64,000 nt of DNA, taken from positions 650 through 64,649 of the forward strand of contig JBBRUI010000001.1 in NCBI GenBank assembly GCA_038247945.1. The letters are read 5' to 3'. This stretch comes from Bacteroidota bacterium (GTDB taxonomy: Bacteria; Bacteroidota; Ignavibacteria; UBA10030; UBA6906). Of this stretch, positions 28,794-38,717 are shown in pieces. Positions within the stretch are counted from its first letter, which is position 1. Every line of letters begins with the position of its first letter. Position numbers and translations under genes: made by a program. The notes beneath the pieces are model-generated. The model was not told the DNA's origin, did no database searches, and saw nothing but the letters and a program-made list of their open reading frames with translations.

Positions 28794-30793
28794 TGAAACC
28801 ATATTGGCATTATATAAAATTTCCAAGTAACGCTGGTTTGAGCAGAAAACCACCGAGATTTAAGGACTTAGGGGCTCACAATATTAAGACATTTGTTCGA
28901 GAGCTAATCCAGAACTGCCTTGATGCAAGACATAAAGATTTGCTCCCTGTCGAAATCAAAATTGTCATAAAAGAGTGGGGCAAAACAGAGCTCAATAACT
29001 TTCTCGGACTTCTTGGAGATGACCACGTAGAGCTTCTGAAAAAATCCTATGATGAAGCTTTACCGGAAGTTAAAGTTCACATGCAAGCTGGTTTCGATTT
29101 ACTCGGCGGGGAACATGAGAAAACCTTCTGTCTTATCGTTGAGGAAAGGAATTGCGTCGGCTTAACTGGCTCTGTTATTGGTTCAAATGACAAGTCACAC
29201 TTCAATGCGTTAGTTCGCCAAACCGATAACAACGAAAATAAAAGAGAACTATCAAACAGCGGCGGAACATGGGGAAAAGGTAGTTCTGTTTTTACGTACA
29301 TTTCAAAAATGTGGACTTGGTTCTGTTACACAAAATTGTCTGAGCCATGGAATGGCCCCACTGACAACATTGTTCACCAAAAAAGATTTATGGGCCGCTG
29401 TATGATTGCACCATTCTTTGACCAAGAAAACAACAACAGTTATTGGGGTGATGGTTGGTTTTGCAAGCCTGGTACCGATGCTTTTCCGTACATAAATGAC
29501 GATGCTGATGCAATGGCTCGAATATTCGGGATGAACTTGAGGAGTGATCCGGGTTGCACCTTTTTGATTCCCTTCTTGTCTCCCACGATTGAGAGTATGG
29601 ACAATTTGTCAATTGAGGCTCCAACCAAAGAAAATGTTTTTGCTGAATTTAGAACACAGATTCTGCAAAACTGGTTTATTCCGATTTTCAATGGCCAGCT
29701 AAGAGTCGTTGTTGAAAATGAGGATCAAGTTATTTCGATTGACAAGGAATATTTGATTAAGAATGTCCCTGAATTAAAATTCAAAGTGGCGATTCTCAAC
29801 TGGTATGAGCAGGGTTGTCCACCCGATAAAGCGTTTATTAAGGAAACCATTGAAGTTGACGTTCCGGGACTACAGCGAAGTTTGATCAACAAGTTTAATC
29901 GGTTTGCTGTTGTAAGAGAAAGGATAAAGCTTGATTTAATCATCAGAGTTTTATCGGAAGACGAGGACTATGAGAAAAACTGGGGAACTCAAAATACAGT
30001 TGCTTTAGCAAGAGGGAAAGGGATGGTTGTAACGCATTCTGATGAGGGAACGAAATTCTTAGCGAATTCGACGGATATACGAACTGAAAGTATCTTGTTT
30101 TCTGGTTTGCTTTCGGCTAGTGAAACCAATTTAGAAAAGAGGAAACATTTGGATTTGTTTTTAGCTTACTCTGAAAATCCTGCTCACAACAAATGGTGTT
30201 CTTATCCTGCTGATTACGCAATTTGTTTTCTTGAATTATTTGAAGGGAAAAGACCGGCTCCGGAAAAAACCATCAAAGATATTTACGATTCGATCTACCG
30301 GGCATTCAAAAAACTGTTTGACGAAGAAAAAATACAGCCACAGAATAAAGACATTTGCTCAATTTTTAAAAAACTTGCCCAACTCAAGACCTCAGGTAGC
30401 GAAGGAACCGGAAAAGCACTGTATTACATGAGAACCCCTGACGGAGTTACCAATCCGGCCATTACAGAGGGAAGATACAATTTTGAATTCAGGTTTATTC
30501 ATTCAGAGAATGTAACGGAGAATGTTCGCGTGGACTTTCGAAGTCTGATTGAATCCTTGGAAGGTGAAACGAATAAAGATTTTAATAATCTTGGGATATC
30601 GGACTTTGAAAACATTGAACTATTTGACAAGTTTGGAACCAAATATGGTGAAGGTAAGAACCCATCAATTCTGTTAAAACCCGGACATCCTTTAACTGTT
30701 AGAATTAGGACCTGCAACATTGACGGCAATCCCCGCTTCAAAAATCTGAAACCGATTATCAAAACTTCTGGTAGAATTGATATAGTATCATGA
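28793..30793 (+). CDS. GHKL/MORC-like ATPase-domain protein (666 aa), unknown function
   Basis: N-box RELIQNCLDA resembles the Bergerat-fold motif I (ELVxNAxDA). IVEERNCVGLTG is G1-like and NSGGTWGKGSSVF is G2-like (GxxGxGxxSxF). The remaining ~450 aa are unrecognised. Confidence 0.45.
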   Translation: MKPYWHYIKFPSNAGLSRKPPRFKDLGAHNIKTFVRELIQNCLDARHKDLLPVEIKIVIKEWGKTELNNFLGLLGDDHVELLKKSYDEALPEVKVHMQAGFDLLGGEHEKTFCLIVEERNCVGLTGSVIGSNDKSHFNALVRQTDNNENKRELSNSGGTWGKGSSVFTYISKMWTWFCYTKLSEPWNGPTDNIVHQKRFMGRCMIAPFFDQENNNSYWGDGWFCKPGTDAFPYINDDADAMARIFGMNLRSDPGCTFLIPFLSPTIESMDNLSIEAPTKENVFAEFRTQILQNWFIPIFNGQLRVVVENEDQVISIDKEYLIKNVPELKFKVAILNWYEQGCPPDKAFIKETIEVDVPGLQRSLINKFNRFAVVRERIKLDLIIRVLSEDEDYEKNWGTQNTVALARGKGMVVTHSDEGTKFLANSTDIRTESILFSGLLSASETNLEKRKHLDLFLAYSENPAHNKWCSYPADYAICFLELFEGKRPAPEKTIKDIYDSIYRAFKKLFDEEKIQPQNKDICSIFKKLAQLKTSGSEGTGKALYYMRTPDGVTNPAITEGRYNFEFRFIHSENVTENVRVDFRSLIESLEGETNKDFNNLGISDFENIELFDKFGTKYGEGKNPSILLKPGHPLTVRIRTCNIDGNPRFKNLKPIIKTSGRIDIVS

Positions 30794-31779
30794 GCGAAAA
30801 AATAATAGTAATAGAGCCATACAGAACCGGCGCCAACCTAATCTCTCTCAAGGGAAGAGTTTCCTTGGATGGAATTAAAGATGAAATAACGATTCCCGAC
30901 AGGAATCATCTGAATCTGTTCAATTATTCTTTGGATTCGGGAACGATACTTATCCCTCGGTCACATAATACCCTTACGCTAGATCTTACTACGCATTGGG
31001 AAAGTGCCAAAGGAATAGGCGATTTGAAATTCCTTATTGACGAATCAGAAAAGCCCGAAGAAACACTTTCACTTATTGTTGAGGTTTGGTGTAAAACCAC
31101 CCGGTGGTGCAGCGAGCAAAAAAGTATTCCCTTAAATGAAATCGGAACGAAACGTCAGTTCTCATTTAATATTCCGATTAACGAGGTAAAGGAGCTGCTT
31201 ACAGTGTCTGCTTTTGTTATAAGGGAAAAAGGAAACAGCAAAACATTTCTGCGAAAGGCCAGCACGAAGTATTCAATTTTGTCAGAAAGTGAAGAAATCA
31301 CAATTCAGATTGATGAACGAAAGGAGATCGGGGGTGCCTATCTCCCAATTGAACCGGAAAACATTGGTGATCGGATATTTGAGATAAGAGGTCTGGACAA
31401 TGAAACGGACATTCCGCGAATAAAATTTTCAGAAGATTTCAAAGAATACTTTACAAGAGATGATTTGCAGACTGTGAATACAACATTTATCATATCGATG
31501 TTCTATTTTCTGGATTCCTATTTGAAGTGGTTGATTTTTGTAAGCCGCAATGACCCCGCCGATAAAACATACAAAAGCGTGCTGGATTTATTTTCGCGAT
31601 ACTGTGATATAACCAAGTCGCAGCTCATAGAAATCGTTCAGATGGAAAAACATTCTCCCGAGCAAACAAAAGCATTTTTGAAACTGTCACAAGATCTGTT
31701 TAATGGTTTACAAACGAATGTAAATTTCAAATACAAGAAAGAGCTGTTGAAGATCATAAAAGCCGAAGCCGCAAAATGA
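30790..31779 (+). CDS. Hypothetical protein (329 aa), operon partner
   Basis: Start overlaps the upstream stop (ATGA). No recognisable motif. AT-rich. Confidence 0.4.
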   Translation: MSEKIIVIEPYRTGANLISLKGRVSLDGIKDEITIPDRNHLNLFNYSLDSGTILIPRSHNTLTLDLTTHWESAKGIGDLKFLIDESEKPEETLSLIVEVWCKTTRWCSEQKSIPLNEIGTKRQFSFNIPINEVKELLTVSAFVIREKGNSKTFLRKASTKYSILSESEEITIQIDERKEIGGAYLPIEPENIGDRIFEIRGLDNETDIPRIKFSEDFKEYFTRDDLQTVNTTFIISMFYFLDSYLKWLIFVSRNDPADKTYKSVLDLFSRYCDITKSQLIEIVQMEKHSPEQTKAFLKLSQDLFNGLQTNVNFKYKKELLKIIKAEAAK

Positions 31780-32567
31780 AAAACTACAAAAACAAAGTAG
31801 AGCACTTTATTAATCTTCTAGAGCCCGGAGAAGGCAAGAATGGGGAGCTATTCAATCTGTTCAACATTTACTCCCAAGACAGATTCAACGGATATCTTGC
31901 TAGTAAAATTGAATTTGAGATCACGGGTGACGTGACAGATGCCGAAGAAAAGATGTTGCAAAAAATAAAAAGCGAAATAAAACAATTACAGAAGCAATTT
32001 TCAGATGCAAAAGCAGAAAGACTGGAATTTGATTTAGCAAAAATTTTCCATTCGAATTTGAGGGAAATAGGTTTTGGCAGATTTCACGTCGATGATATAG
32101 GAATGTGGAGATGGATGTCAATGAATTATTTCAAAGAAGAAACATTTTGGCGTAGGGGGCTATCTGATCTCGATAAGAAAGAAATTCCAAAGGCGGCCAA
32201 AGCGACTTTTGAACATTGCATAGGAAAAAGAAGCAGAGACATCTTCCCAAGACGTTATTTTGTTATCGGCCAAAGACTATTCGACACAAACGAGAAGTAT
32301 GCTTTGATTGAAAAGTTAGCAGAAAAGTCAAGGGCAGCAAGAAGCGGCGGGTTCGGTAATCTTATCGCAAACATCGTTGAAACAAAACTGATTAGTCCGA
32401 ATGATTATGTTTCAAAAGTTATTTCTAAAATAATGTTCGCCGATAGAGGTATTGGCGACGATAAGGAAGTGAAAAATGCATTTGTTAGATACAATGCTTA
32501 CAGAAAGAGATTGCTTAATAATGCCTCTGAGAATGTATTCAGGAATGAAATTTGCCTTATGGAATGA
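31776..32567 (+). CDS. Hypothetical protein (263 aa), operon partner
   Basis: Start overlaps the upstream stop (ATGA). No recognisable motif. Confidence 0.4.
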   Translation: MKNYKNKVEHFINLLEPGEGKNGELFNLFNIYSQDRFNGYLASKIEFEITGDVTDAEEKMLQKIKSEIKQLQKQFSDAKAERLEFDLAKIFHSNLREIGFGRFHVDDIGMWRWMSMNYFKEETFWRRGLSDLDKKEIPKAAKATFEHCIGKRSRDIFPRRYFVIGQRLFDTNEKYALIEKLAEKSRAARSGGFGNLIANIVETKLISPNDYVSKVISKIMFADRGIGDDKEVKNAFVRYNAYRKRLLNNASENVFRNEICLME

Positions 32568-33792
32568 GCTGTTTCTTGATTGCTTTAGCAATCGCATTCG
32601 CCATCAACGGAGGAACCGCATTTCCGATTTGACGGAACATAGCCGTTCGTGAGCCCTCAAAATAAAAATCGTCAGGAAATGATTGGAGCCGTGCTGCTTC
32701 TCTCACTGAAATCGAGCGACATTGCGCCTTGCTCGGGTGTATGTAGTAATGCCCGTCTTTCGCTATGTGTGCAACTACTGTGTGGGAAATCCCTCTTCCA
32801 TCAACAACTTTGAAGCGGTCAAGAAACGCCTTTGTGTTTTTTTGTGTCTGCAATTCTTTTGGAATGTCCGTGTATTTAATCCGCTTTTTTGAATTTTTCC
32901 AGCTGTCAATAGCAAGTTTGTAAATTTTCAGATCGTTGGGGTTGTGTGGCCGACAAATATGTTGCGTATAGGAATCAATTCCATTTCTTAATCCAAATGT
33001 TTCAAGGTATCCATTTGTTTTGTTTGTGTATTTGCCTTTCGTTTTTACTTGCCCCGGCGAAAGACGAGAGAGGTCCGAGAAAATGCTTGCGGTCTTGAAA
33101 CTATGTTTGGAGATCTCGGGGTCGGGATAGGAGAACATCATATCTCTTTTCCATCCAACGATGATTACCCGTTTGCGGTTTTGTAGTACCCCATAATCTT
33201 TTGCATTCAGAATCTTATCCTCGGTTTTATAACCAAGTCTTTCAAAGTAATGTTTCAATCCCTGATAGTACTGACCATCATTTGCACTCAGCAAACCGGG
33301 AACATTCTCAAATACAAAAAGCTTCGGGTTAAACTCTTTCAGAAACTTTCCATACTGCACATACAATTTCACCCGATCGTCTTTTTCCCAATCAATAGCG
33401 TGTCTGCCTATGAGTGAATATCCCTGACAAGGTGGTCCGCCAATTATTAAGTCGAGTTCTTTCTTGTCCTGCTTATTCAGAATTGAATGAACGCTGTCAA
33501 AAATATCTCTCAATGAATCGTCAGAAATCTTTGCATTGATTACAGAATCAGAATGCTCCTTCGGCAAATGGCTGTACAAAATTTCTCTGGAAATATTTCC
33601 AGTAATGTAATCATAGTAAACATCGAGCCTGTTGTTCTCTTTCAGATAGTGAAAAGCAACTCGTGTTTTAATGGTCAAGCAAGCATCTGGATCCATTTCA
33701 ATGTGAGCAATGGGATTCATATCATTGCGCTTGAATCCCTCTGAAAGAGCCGATGTCCCGGCGAAAAGATCTATATAATTGAGTTGGTTCAC
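32557..33792 (-). CDS. dcm: DNA cytosine-5 methyltransferase
   Basis: Motif I DLFAGTSAL, motif IV GGPPCQGYS and an ENV motif FVFENVPGL. Confidence 0.85.
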   Translation of the reverse strand: MNQLNYIDLFAGTSALSEGFKRNDMNPIAHIEMDPDACLTIKTRVAFHYLKENNRLDVYYDYITGNISREILYSHLPKEHSDSVINAKISDDSLRDIFDSVHSILNKQDKKELDLIIGGPPCQGYSLIGRHAIDWEKDDRVKLYVQYGKFLKEFNPKLFVFENVPGLLSANDGQYYQGLKHYFERLGYKTEDKILNAKDYGVLQNRKRVIIVGWKRDMMFSYPDPEISKHSFKTASIFSDLSRLSPGQVKTKGKYTNKTNGYLETFGLRNGIDSYTQHICRPHNPNDLKIYKLAIDSWKNSKKRIKYTDIPKELQTQKNTKAFLDRFKVVDGRGISHTVVAHIAKDGHYYIHPSKAQCRSISVREAARLQSFPDDFYFEGSRTAMFRQIGNAVPPLMANAIAKAIKKQLIP

Positions 33793-34226
33793 TTAGTTTG
33801 TTTCTGCGCTGTTTTGCTCAATCGCCGTCCAACTTTGTTAAGGGTTTTCTCTCTTCTTTTCGGTTTCAGTTCGCATTCAAATATAACTATTACTTTCCAG
33901 CCTTCCTTACGAATTTTCAAAGAGTTTATCAAGTCTCTTTGTGAATTACCGCCAATCTTCTTTAGCCACCATTTAGTGCGGGTTTTAGGCGGAACAAAAT
34001 ATTTGCAACCTTCATGTCCATGCCAGTAGCAACCGTGAACGAAAATTACTGTCCTCAGCTTTGGAAAAACCAGGTCGGGTTTCCCGGGAAGGCGTTTGTC
34101 GTGAAGTCTGTAACGGAAGCCGCTGGTAAAAAGAAATTTTCTAACCAACATCTCAGGCTTGGTATCTTTGCCTTTGATTTGGCTCATGTTGAAGCTTCTG
34201 GTCCGTTTGTCGTGAACGTCTGCCAT
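33789..34226 (-). CDS. vsr: Very-short-patch repair endonuclease
   Basis: FVHGCYWHGHEGCKY and a ~145-aa length are typical of Vsr. It overlaps dcm by 4 nt. Confidence 0.85.
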   Translation of the reverse strand: MADVHDKRTRSFNMSQIKGKDTKPEMLVRKFLFTSGFRYRLHDKRLPGKPDLVFPKLRTVIFVHGCYWHGHEGCKYFVPPKTRTKWWLKKIGGNSQRDLINSLKIRKEGWKVIVIFECELKPKRREKTLNKVGRRLSKTAQKQTK

Positions 34227-34407
34227 GCGATAACATCGTCGAATACCCGAGTAACTTAAGATGATTTTTGCTCAGTTGAAAGACGATTTCATCTGTCGAA
34301 CGATCACCGTACATCCGCTCCGGGATATTGCAGTCCGAATTATTTTGCCATATACTGAACTAGCTCATCTCTTTTCTAATTCCAAACTTATCCCGAACAA
34401 CCCTCAG

Positions 34408-36624
34408 ATGATTTTCCTCCTTTCCCGGCCATTATGGATTTTCCTGTTTCTCATTTTAACGCCTGCTCGTTCAGCGTTTGCCCGGAATGATTTCTACGTT
34501 GCGCCCAACGGAAATGATTCCGGACCAGGCTCGAAGACGGCACCTTTCGCGACACTTGACCGTGCGCGGCAAGAGGCCCGGCTCACGAACGGAGTAACAA
34601 TATGGATCCATGGCGGAGTGTACCGGCTCACCCAAACGTTCAGGCTCGATAGCCTTGATTCCGGAATAGCTGAGTCCCCGGTTATGTACCGCTCAATGCC
34701 CGGTGAAGATGTGCACATCATTGGCGGCAGGATGCTCGATCCGTCTGTATTCAAGTCCGTGACCGACGAAAAGATTCTTCGGGTACTGACACCTGAAGCA
34801 CGCGGGCATGTCGTTGAAGCACAACTGCGTTCGTCAGGTATCAGTGATTTCGGAGAACTGAAACAATACGGCCACGGGCATCCCGTGGTGCCGGCTCCTC
34901 TGGAACTGTTCTTCAATGAACGGCCGATGCAGCTTGCGCGCTATCCGAATTGGGGCGACATACCCATGGGCAAGGTCATCGACCCGGGCTCGGTTCCGCG
35001 TGTCGGTGATTTTTCCAACCGGGGCGGCACGTTCGTCTATGCCGATCCGCGCCATGCGCGTTGGGCCGGCCTGGATGATGTATGGCTGCAAGGAACATTC
35101 ATGTGGGGTTACTCGGATGACATGATCCGCGTTGAATCCATCGACACGCTGACGCAAAAGATCAGGCTCTCTTCTCCGCATCTGTACGGTCTCGGAAGCG
35201 GCGAGCCCTTTCGGCAATATGTCGCTCTGAATATTCTGCAGGAGATCGATCAGCCGGGCGAATATTATCTTGACCGGAAAAGCGGAGTACTTTACTTCTG
35301 GCCGCCGGAACCGCTGAAGGGTTCCACCATTGCAGTTTCCGAACTTGAGCGGCCAATCATCGCGCTGGAAGGCGCTTCGCACATTGTCCTGCAGGGACTC
35401 ACCGTTGAATATGCCCGCGGCATGGGCATCTATATAGAAGGGGGTGAAGGAAATTTGATTGCGGGTTGCACTATCCGCAACACAGGAACGATTGGCATCA
35501 TGATGGGGCAAGGTTCAAAACCTCCGGCGAGTCCAGCAAGCGTTGATGCGGAAATATATAACGGAGTTGCCGTCAGCGAAGAAATCGGTGATCTGCAAAA
35601 TCATCTCTACATCGATACGGGATGGGACAGGAAGGCCGGCATGAAACAGGGAGTCCTTTCGTGCGATATTTACAACACCGGCTCCGGCGGAATTTTCCTT
35701 GGCGGCGGCAACAAGAAGCGGCTGATTGCGGGCGGCTCCTTTGTTGAGAATTGCCGGATTCACGACTACAACCGTCGCAACAAGTTTCTCTGGGCGGGAG
35801 TGAATGTTGACGGCTGCGGCAACAGGGTTGCACACAATGAAATTTACAACTCGGATTCCCAGGGAATCTATGTGCACGGTAATGATCACGTGTTCGAGTA
35901 CAACGTTGTCCATGATGTCGCGATGAATTCGGATGATACATCGCCCTGGTATCTTGGCCGTGATCCGAGCGACCGTGGAAATATCGTGCGCTATAATTTC
36001 TTCCATCATATCGGAAGACCGGATAGAATGGTGATGGGCATTTATCTTGATGACGGCACATGCGGCGCCACGATCTTCGGCAACGTATTGTATAAAGCCG
36101 CAACCTACGGAGCAGTGTACAGCAATGCCGGTCAGGACAATATCGTCAGGAATAATATCTTCATTGAATCGTACGGACCGGCGGTACACATGAAGTCGAT
36201 GTGGTACGACTTTGCAAAAGGCCAGATCAAACAGTACTTCGGTCCGGATGGAATCTTCCGCCGGCGCTTAACCAAATCTGTTGATATCTACACGCCTCCC
36301 TACAGCACGCGTTATCCTCAATTGATGAACTTCCTCGATCTCATGGCGGACAGTATTACCTACATCGGAATGCGGCCCCTGAGGAATATCATGGAATGGA
36401 ATGTTGTTTACAACTGCCCGGAGGTTCTCAGATTGACCGGGCCCTATGCAGCATTCGAAGCAAGGAACAACCTTGTCACCAGAGATGACCCGGGGTTTGT
36501 GGATGAGGTGAGAATGAATTTTGAGTTACGCGACGATGCAGCCGTCTACAAGAAGCTGAAAGGGTTTCAGAAAATTCCATTTGCGCGGATCGGGCCGTAC
36601 TCTGACAAGTACAGAAAGAAATAA
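34408..36624 (+). CDS. Secreted right-handed parallel beta-helix repeat protein (pectate-lyase-fold)
   Basis: Signal peptide (MIFLLSRPLWIFLFLILTPARSAFA) followed by NDFYVAPNGNDSGPGSKTAPFATLDRA, the typical N-terminus of beta-helix proteins. Confidence 0.55.
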   Translation: MIFLLSRPLWIFLFLILTPARSAFARNDFYVAPNGNDSGPGSKTAPFATLDRARQEARLTNGVTIWIHGGVYRLTQTFRLDSLDSGIAESPVMYRSMPGEDVHIIGGRMLDPSVFKSVTDEKILRVLTPEARGHVVEAQLRSSGISDFGELKQYGHGHPVVPAPLELFFNERPMQLARYPNWGDIPMGKVIDPGSVPRVGDFSNRGGTFVYADPRHARWAGLDDVWLQGTFMWGYSDDMIRVESIDTLTQKIRLSSPHLYGLGSGEPFRQYVALNILQEIDQPGEYYLDRKSGVLYFWPPEPLKGSTIAVSELERPIIALEGASHIVLQGLTVEYARGMGIYIEGGEGNLIAGCTIRNTGTIGIMMGQGSKPPASPASVDAEIYNGVAVSEEIGDLQNHLYIDTGWDRKAGMKQGVLSCDIYNTGSGGIFLGGGNKKRLIAGGSFVENCRIHDYNRRNKFLWAGVNVDGCGNRVAHNEIYNSDSQGIYVHGNDHVFEYNVVHDVAMNSDDTSPWYLGRDPSDRGNIVRYNFFHHIGRPDRMVMGIYLDDGTCGATIFGNVLYKAATYGAVYSNAGQDNIVRNNIFIESYGPAVHMKSMWYDFAKGQIKQYFGPDGIFRRRLTKSVDIYTPPYSTRYPQLMNFLDLMADSITYIGMRPLRNIMEWNVVYNCPEVLRLTGPYAAFEARNNLVTRDDPGFVDEVRMNFELRDDAAVYKKLKGFQKIPFARIGPYSDKYRKK

Positions 36625-36650
36625 TCTACAGCATCCCGGTTCTCTTCCGG

Positions 36651-36722
36651 ATAAACCACTCCACCGCAAACAGCAGCACGACCAGCGCGAGCATATATTT
36701 CCAGTTCCACAATTCGAACTCC
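36651..36722. repeat. Direct repeat copy 1 (remnant 3' end of the vWA gene); copy 2 is at 38743..38814
   Basis: 72 nt, about 88% identical to the 3' end of 38718..40871. The minus-strand remnant ORF (about 36624..36764) encodes ...FELWNWKYMLALVVLLFAVEWFIRKRTGML, almost identical to the vWA C-terminus. Confidence 0.7.
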
Positions 36723-36962
36723 GTAACAACTGCACGTTCATTGCGCGTCCTGGAATTCACCATGTGAATGATTGATCTCAAAAACTCCAGCGGTACCGCT
36801 TTAGCAGCATTCTCCCATATTATGCCTCGGAAGCCTGCACAAAGCAGCCTATTCTGTAACCATTACCGCTATAGCGGCAATTTTTCTTAAACATAGAATA
36901 ATCTCCTTGACTGCAGCTGGTAATCAGAGTATTTTGCTGTTAAAGCAGTAAGGAACTAGCAA

Positions 36963-37223
36963 ATGAAACCACTCGGGAACATCGGCATTGGAGAAATCGT
37001 CCGCTTTCATCGGACGAGGGCAGGGTTAACGCAGAAAGCTCTTGCTGACCTCGCTGGGGTAGGCAAGACTGTGGTGTTCGACATTGAGAAGAATAAACAA
37101 TCCGTGCAATGGGATTCGCTCAACAAAATTTTCAATGCATTGAACATCACGATTGTGTTTGAGAGTCCGCTCATGAAAGAACTGAATGAAGAGTTAAAAA
37201 AGGCCGGCGATGAAAAGAGCTAA
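36963..37223 (+). CDS. hipB: HTH (XRE-family) antitoxin, HipB-like
   Basis: GLTQKALADLAGVGKTVVFDIEKNKQ is a helix-turn-helix. First gene of three overlapping ORFs. Confidence 0.7.
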   Translation: MKPLGNIGIGEIVRFHRTRAGLTQKALADLAGVGKTVVFDIEKNKQSVQWDSLNKIFNALNITIVFESPLMKELNEELKKAGDEKS

Positions 37224-37521
37224 TGTCTCCATGCATGGCGTTCCGGCAGGAACGCTTGAGGAACACGAGCAGGGAAAGAAGTACGTCTTCCGTTATCGAG
37301 AAGAATACTCGGGCCCTGCGATCTCATTGACGATGCCTGTCGCGCAGAGGGAGTTTGCATTCGAAATCTTTCCTCCTTTTTTTGACGGTGTTCTTCCTGA
37401 AGGAGTCCAACTCGAGGGTCTCCTCCGGCAAAGGAAAATAGACCGGAGTGATTTTTTTTCGCAACTCACAGCAGTCGGTCAGGACCTCGTCGGAGCAATC
37501 ACTGTCGAAGAGGCGGAATGA
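37210..37521 (+). CDS. HipA N-terminal subdomain protein (HipS-like)
   Basis: 103 aa; SMHGVPAGTLEE...FRY...FFDGVLPEG matches HipA N-terminal subdomain 1. It overlaps both neighbours. Confidence 0.6.
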   Translation: MKRANVSMHGVPAGTLEEHEQGKKYVFRYREEYSGPAISLTMPVAQREFAFEIFPPFFDGVLPEGVQLEGLLRQRKIDRSDFFSQLTAVGQDLVGAITVEEAE

Positions 37522-38447
37522 AACGTTGTCCGATTACATATGACGAAATCGGGAAGGGCGAGTATTCGGACCGCGGACTTCGCCTTCTCTCACGGCAATT
37601 GAAGGGATTGCAACCGCTTCCGTACACAGCGGAAGAGCAACGCCTCGAAGCTGTACGAAGAGCGGCAAAGATGTCGATCCAGGGAGTGCAGGCGAAACTG
37701 AGCGCCCGGCTGAACGTGAAGGAGGAATGCTTCGACGTAGTGGATACTGGCGGCCGGTTTATTTTGAAACCGCAAAGCAGCATGTACCCGGAGCTTCCAC
37801 AGAATGAAGATCTTACGATGCGACTTGCAGCCGAAGCCGGAATAGAAGTGCCGCTGCACGGGATGGTATACTCGAAGGATGGGTCGCTGACGTATTTCAT
37901 CAATCGTTTTGATCGTGTTGCCAGAGGCGGCAAACTCGCTGTTGAAGACTTTGCCCAGGTGCAGGGAAAGACGAGAGACACGAAGTATCAGTCGAGTATG
38001 GAGCAAGTTGCGGCAACGATTGAAACGTACTGCACGTTTCCGGCAGTGGAGAAGGTGAAACTGTTCAGGCTGACGCTGTTCAACTTTCTTGCGGGGAATG
38101 AAGATATGCATCTGAAGAATTTCTCGCTCATCAATCGCGACGGAAAGGTCGAGCTTTCACCTGCATACGACCTTCTCAACACAACGATTGCCGTACGGGG
38201 TGCAACGGAAGAACTTGCGTTGCCATTGCACGGCAAGAAGAATAGTCTGAAACGAAGCGACGTTGTTGACTATTTTGCACTCGAACGCCTTGCGCTAAAG
38301 CCGAAGATAGTTGACAGTGTTCTGGAGGGGTTTGTCAAAGCTGCAGGTCGATGGCAAGAGCTGATCGGGATCTCTTTTCTTTCTGATCCGATGAAGCAAT
38401 CATATCTCTCGCTGCTGGATGAGAGAAAAAAAAGACTCGAACTATAG
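37518..38447 (+). CDS. HipA-family Ser/Thr kinase toxin, C-terminal kinase portion (HipT-like)
   Basis: LAGNEDMHLKNFSLINRDGKVELSPAYDLLNT is the HipA catalytic-loop motif. At 309 aa it lacks the N-terminal subdomain carried by the upstream ORF. Confidence 0.7.
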   Translation: MKRCPITYDEIGKGEYSDRGLRLLSRQLKGLQPLPYTAEEQRLEAVRRAAKMSIQGVQAKLSARLNVKEECFDVVDTGGRFILKPQSSMYPELPQNEDLTMRLAAEAGIEVPLHGMVYSKDGSLTYFINRFDRVARGGKLAVEDFAQVQGKTRDTKYQSSMEQVAATIETYCTFPAVEKVKLFRLTLFNFLAGNEDMHLKNFSLINRDGKVELSPAYDLLNTTIAVRGATEELALPLHGKKNSLKRSDVVDYFALERLALKPKIVDSVLEGFVKAAGRWQELIGISFLSDPMKQSYLSLLDERKKRLEL

Positions 38448-38717
38448 TGAACTTACATCTTCTGCAAAAAAATATCAGGGGCTACGTAGTGTTAGTTGTA
38501 GACTCTTTCCCGGGCCACTTTAAATTCCGCCATGGCCTTTTTGATTTCTTCAAAATACCGCTTCTTGTCTGTCTGGTAGAGGGTGCTTAATTCCTCTCTG
38601 ACTTTTCGCATGAAATCAACAGACTTAAAATCACTTTCGTTATTCGCTTCCATACGTCACCTCCACATAAAATTTCATAACGCAAATTGTAAATATTCGG
38701 AATCAAGGTCAAATAAC

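Noticed and set aside
34494-36189. Long minus-strand ORFs (140-225 aa) inside the beta-helix gene
   Set aside because: They are antisense to a coding region of high coding potential and carry no domain signatures.
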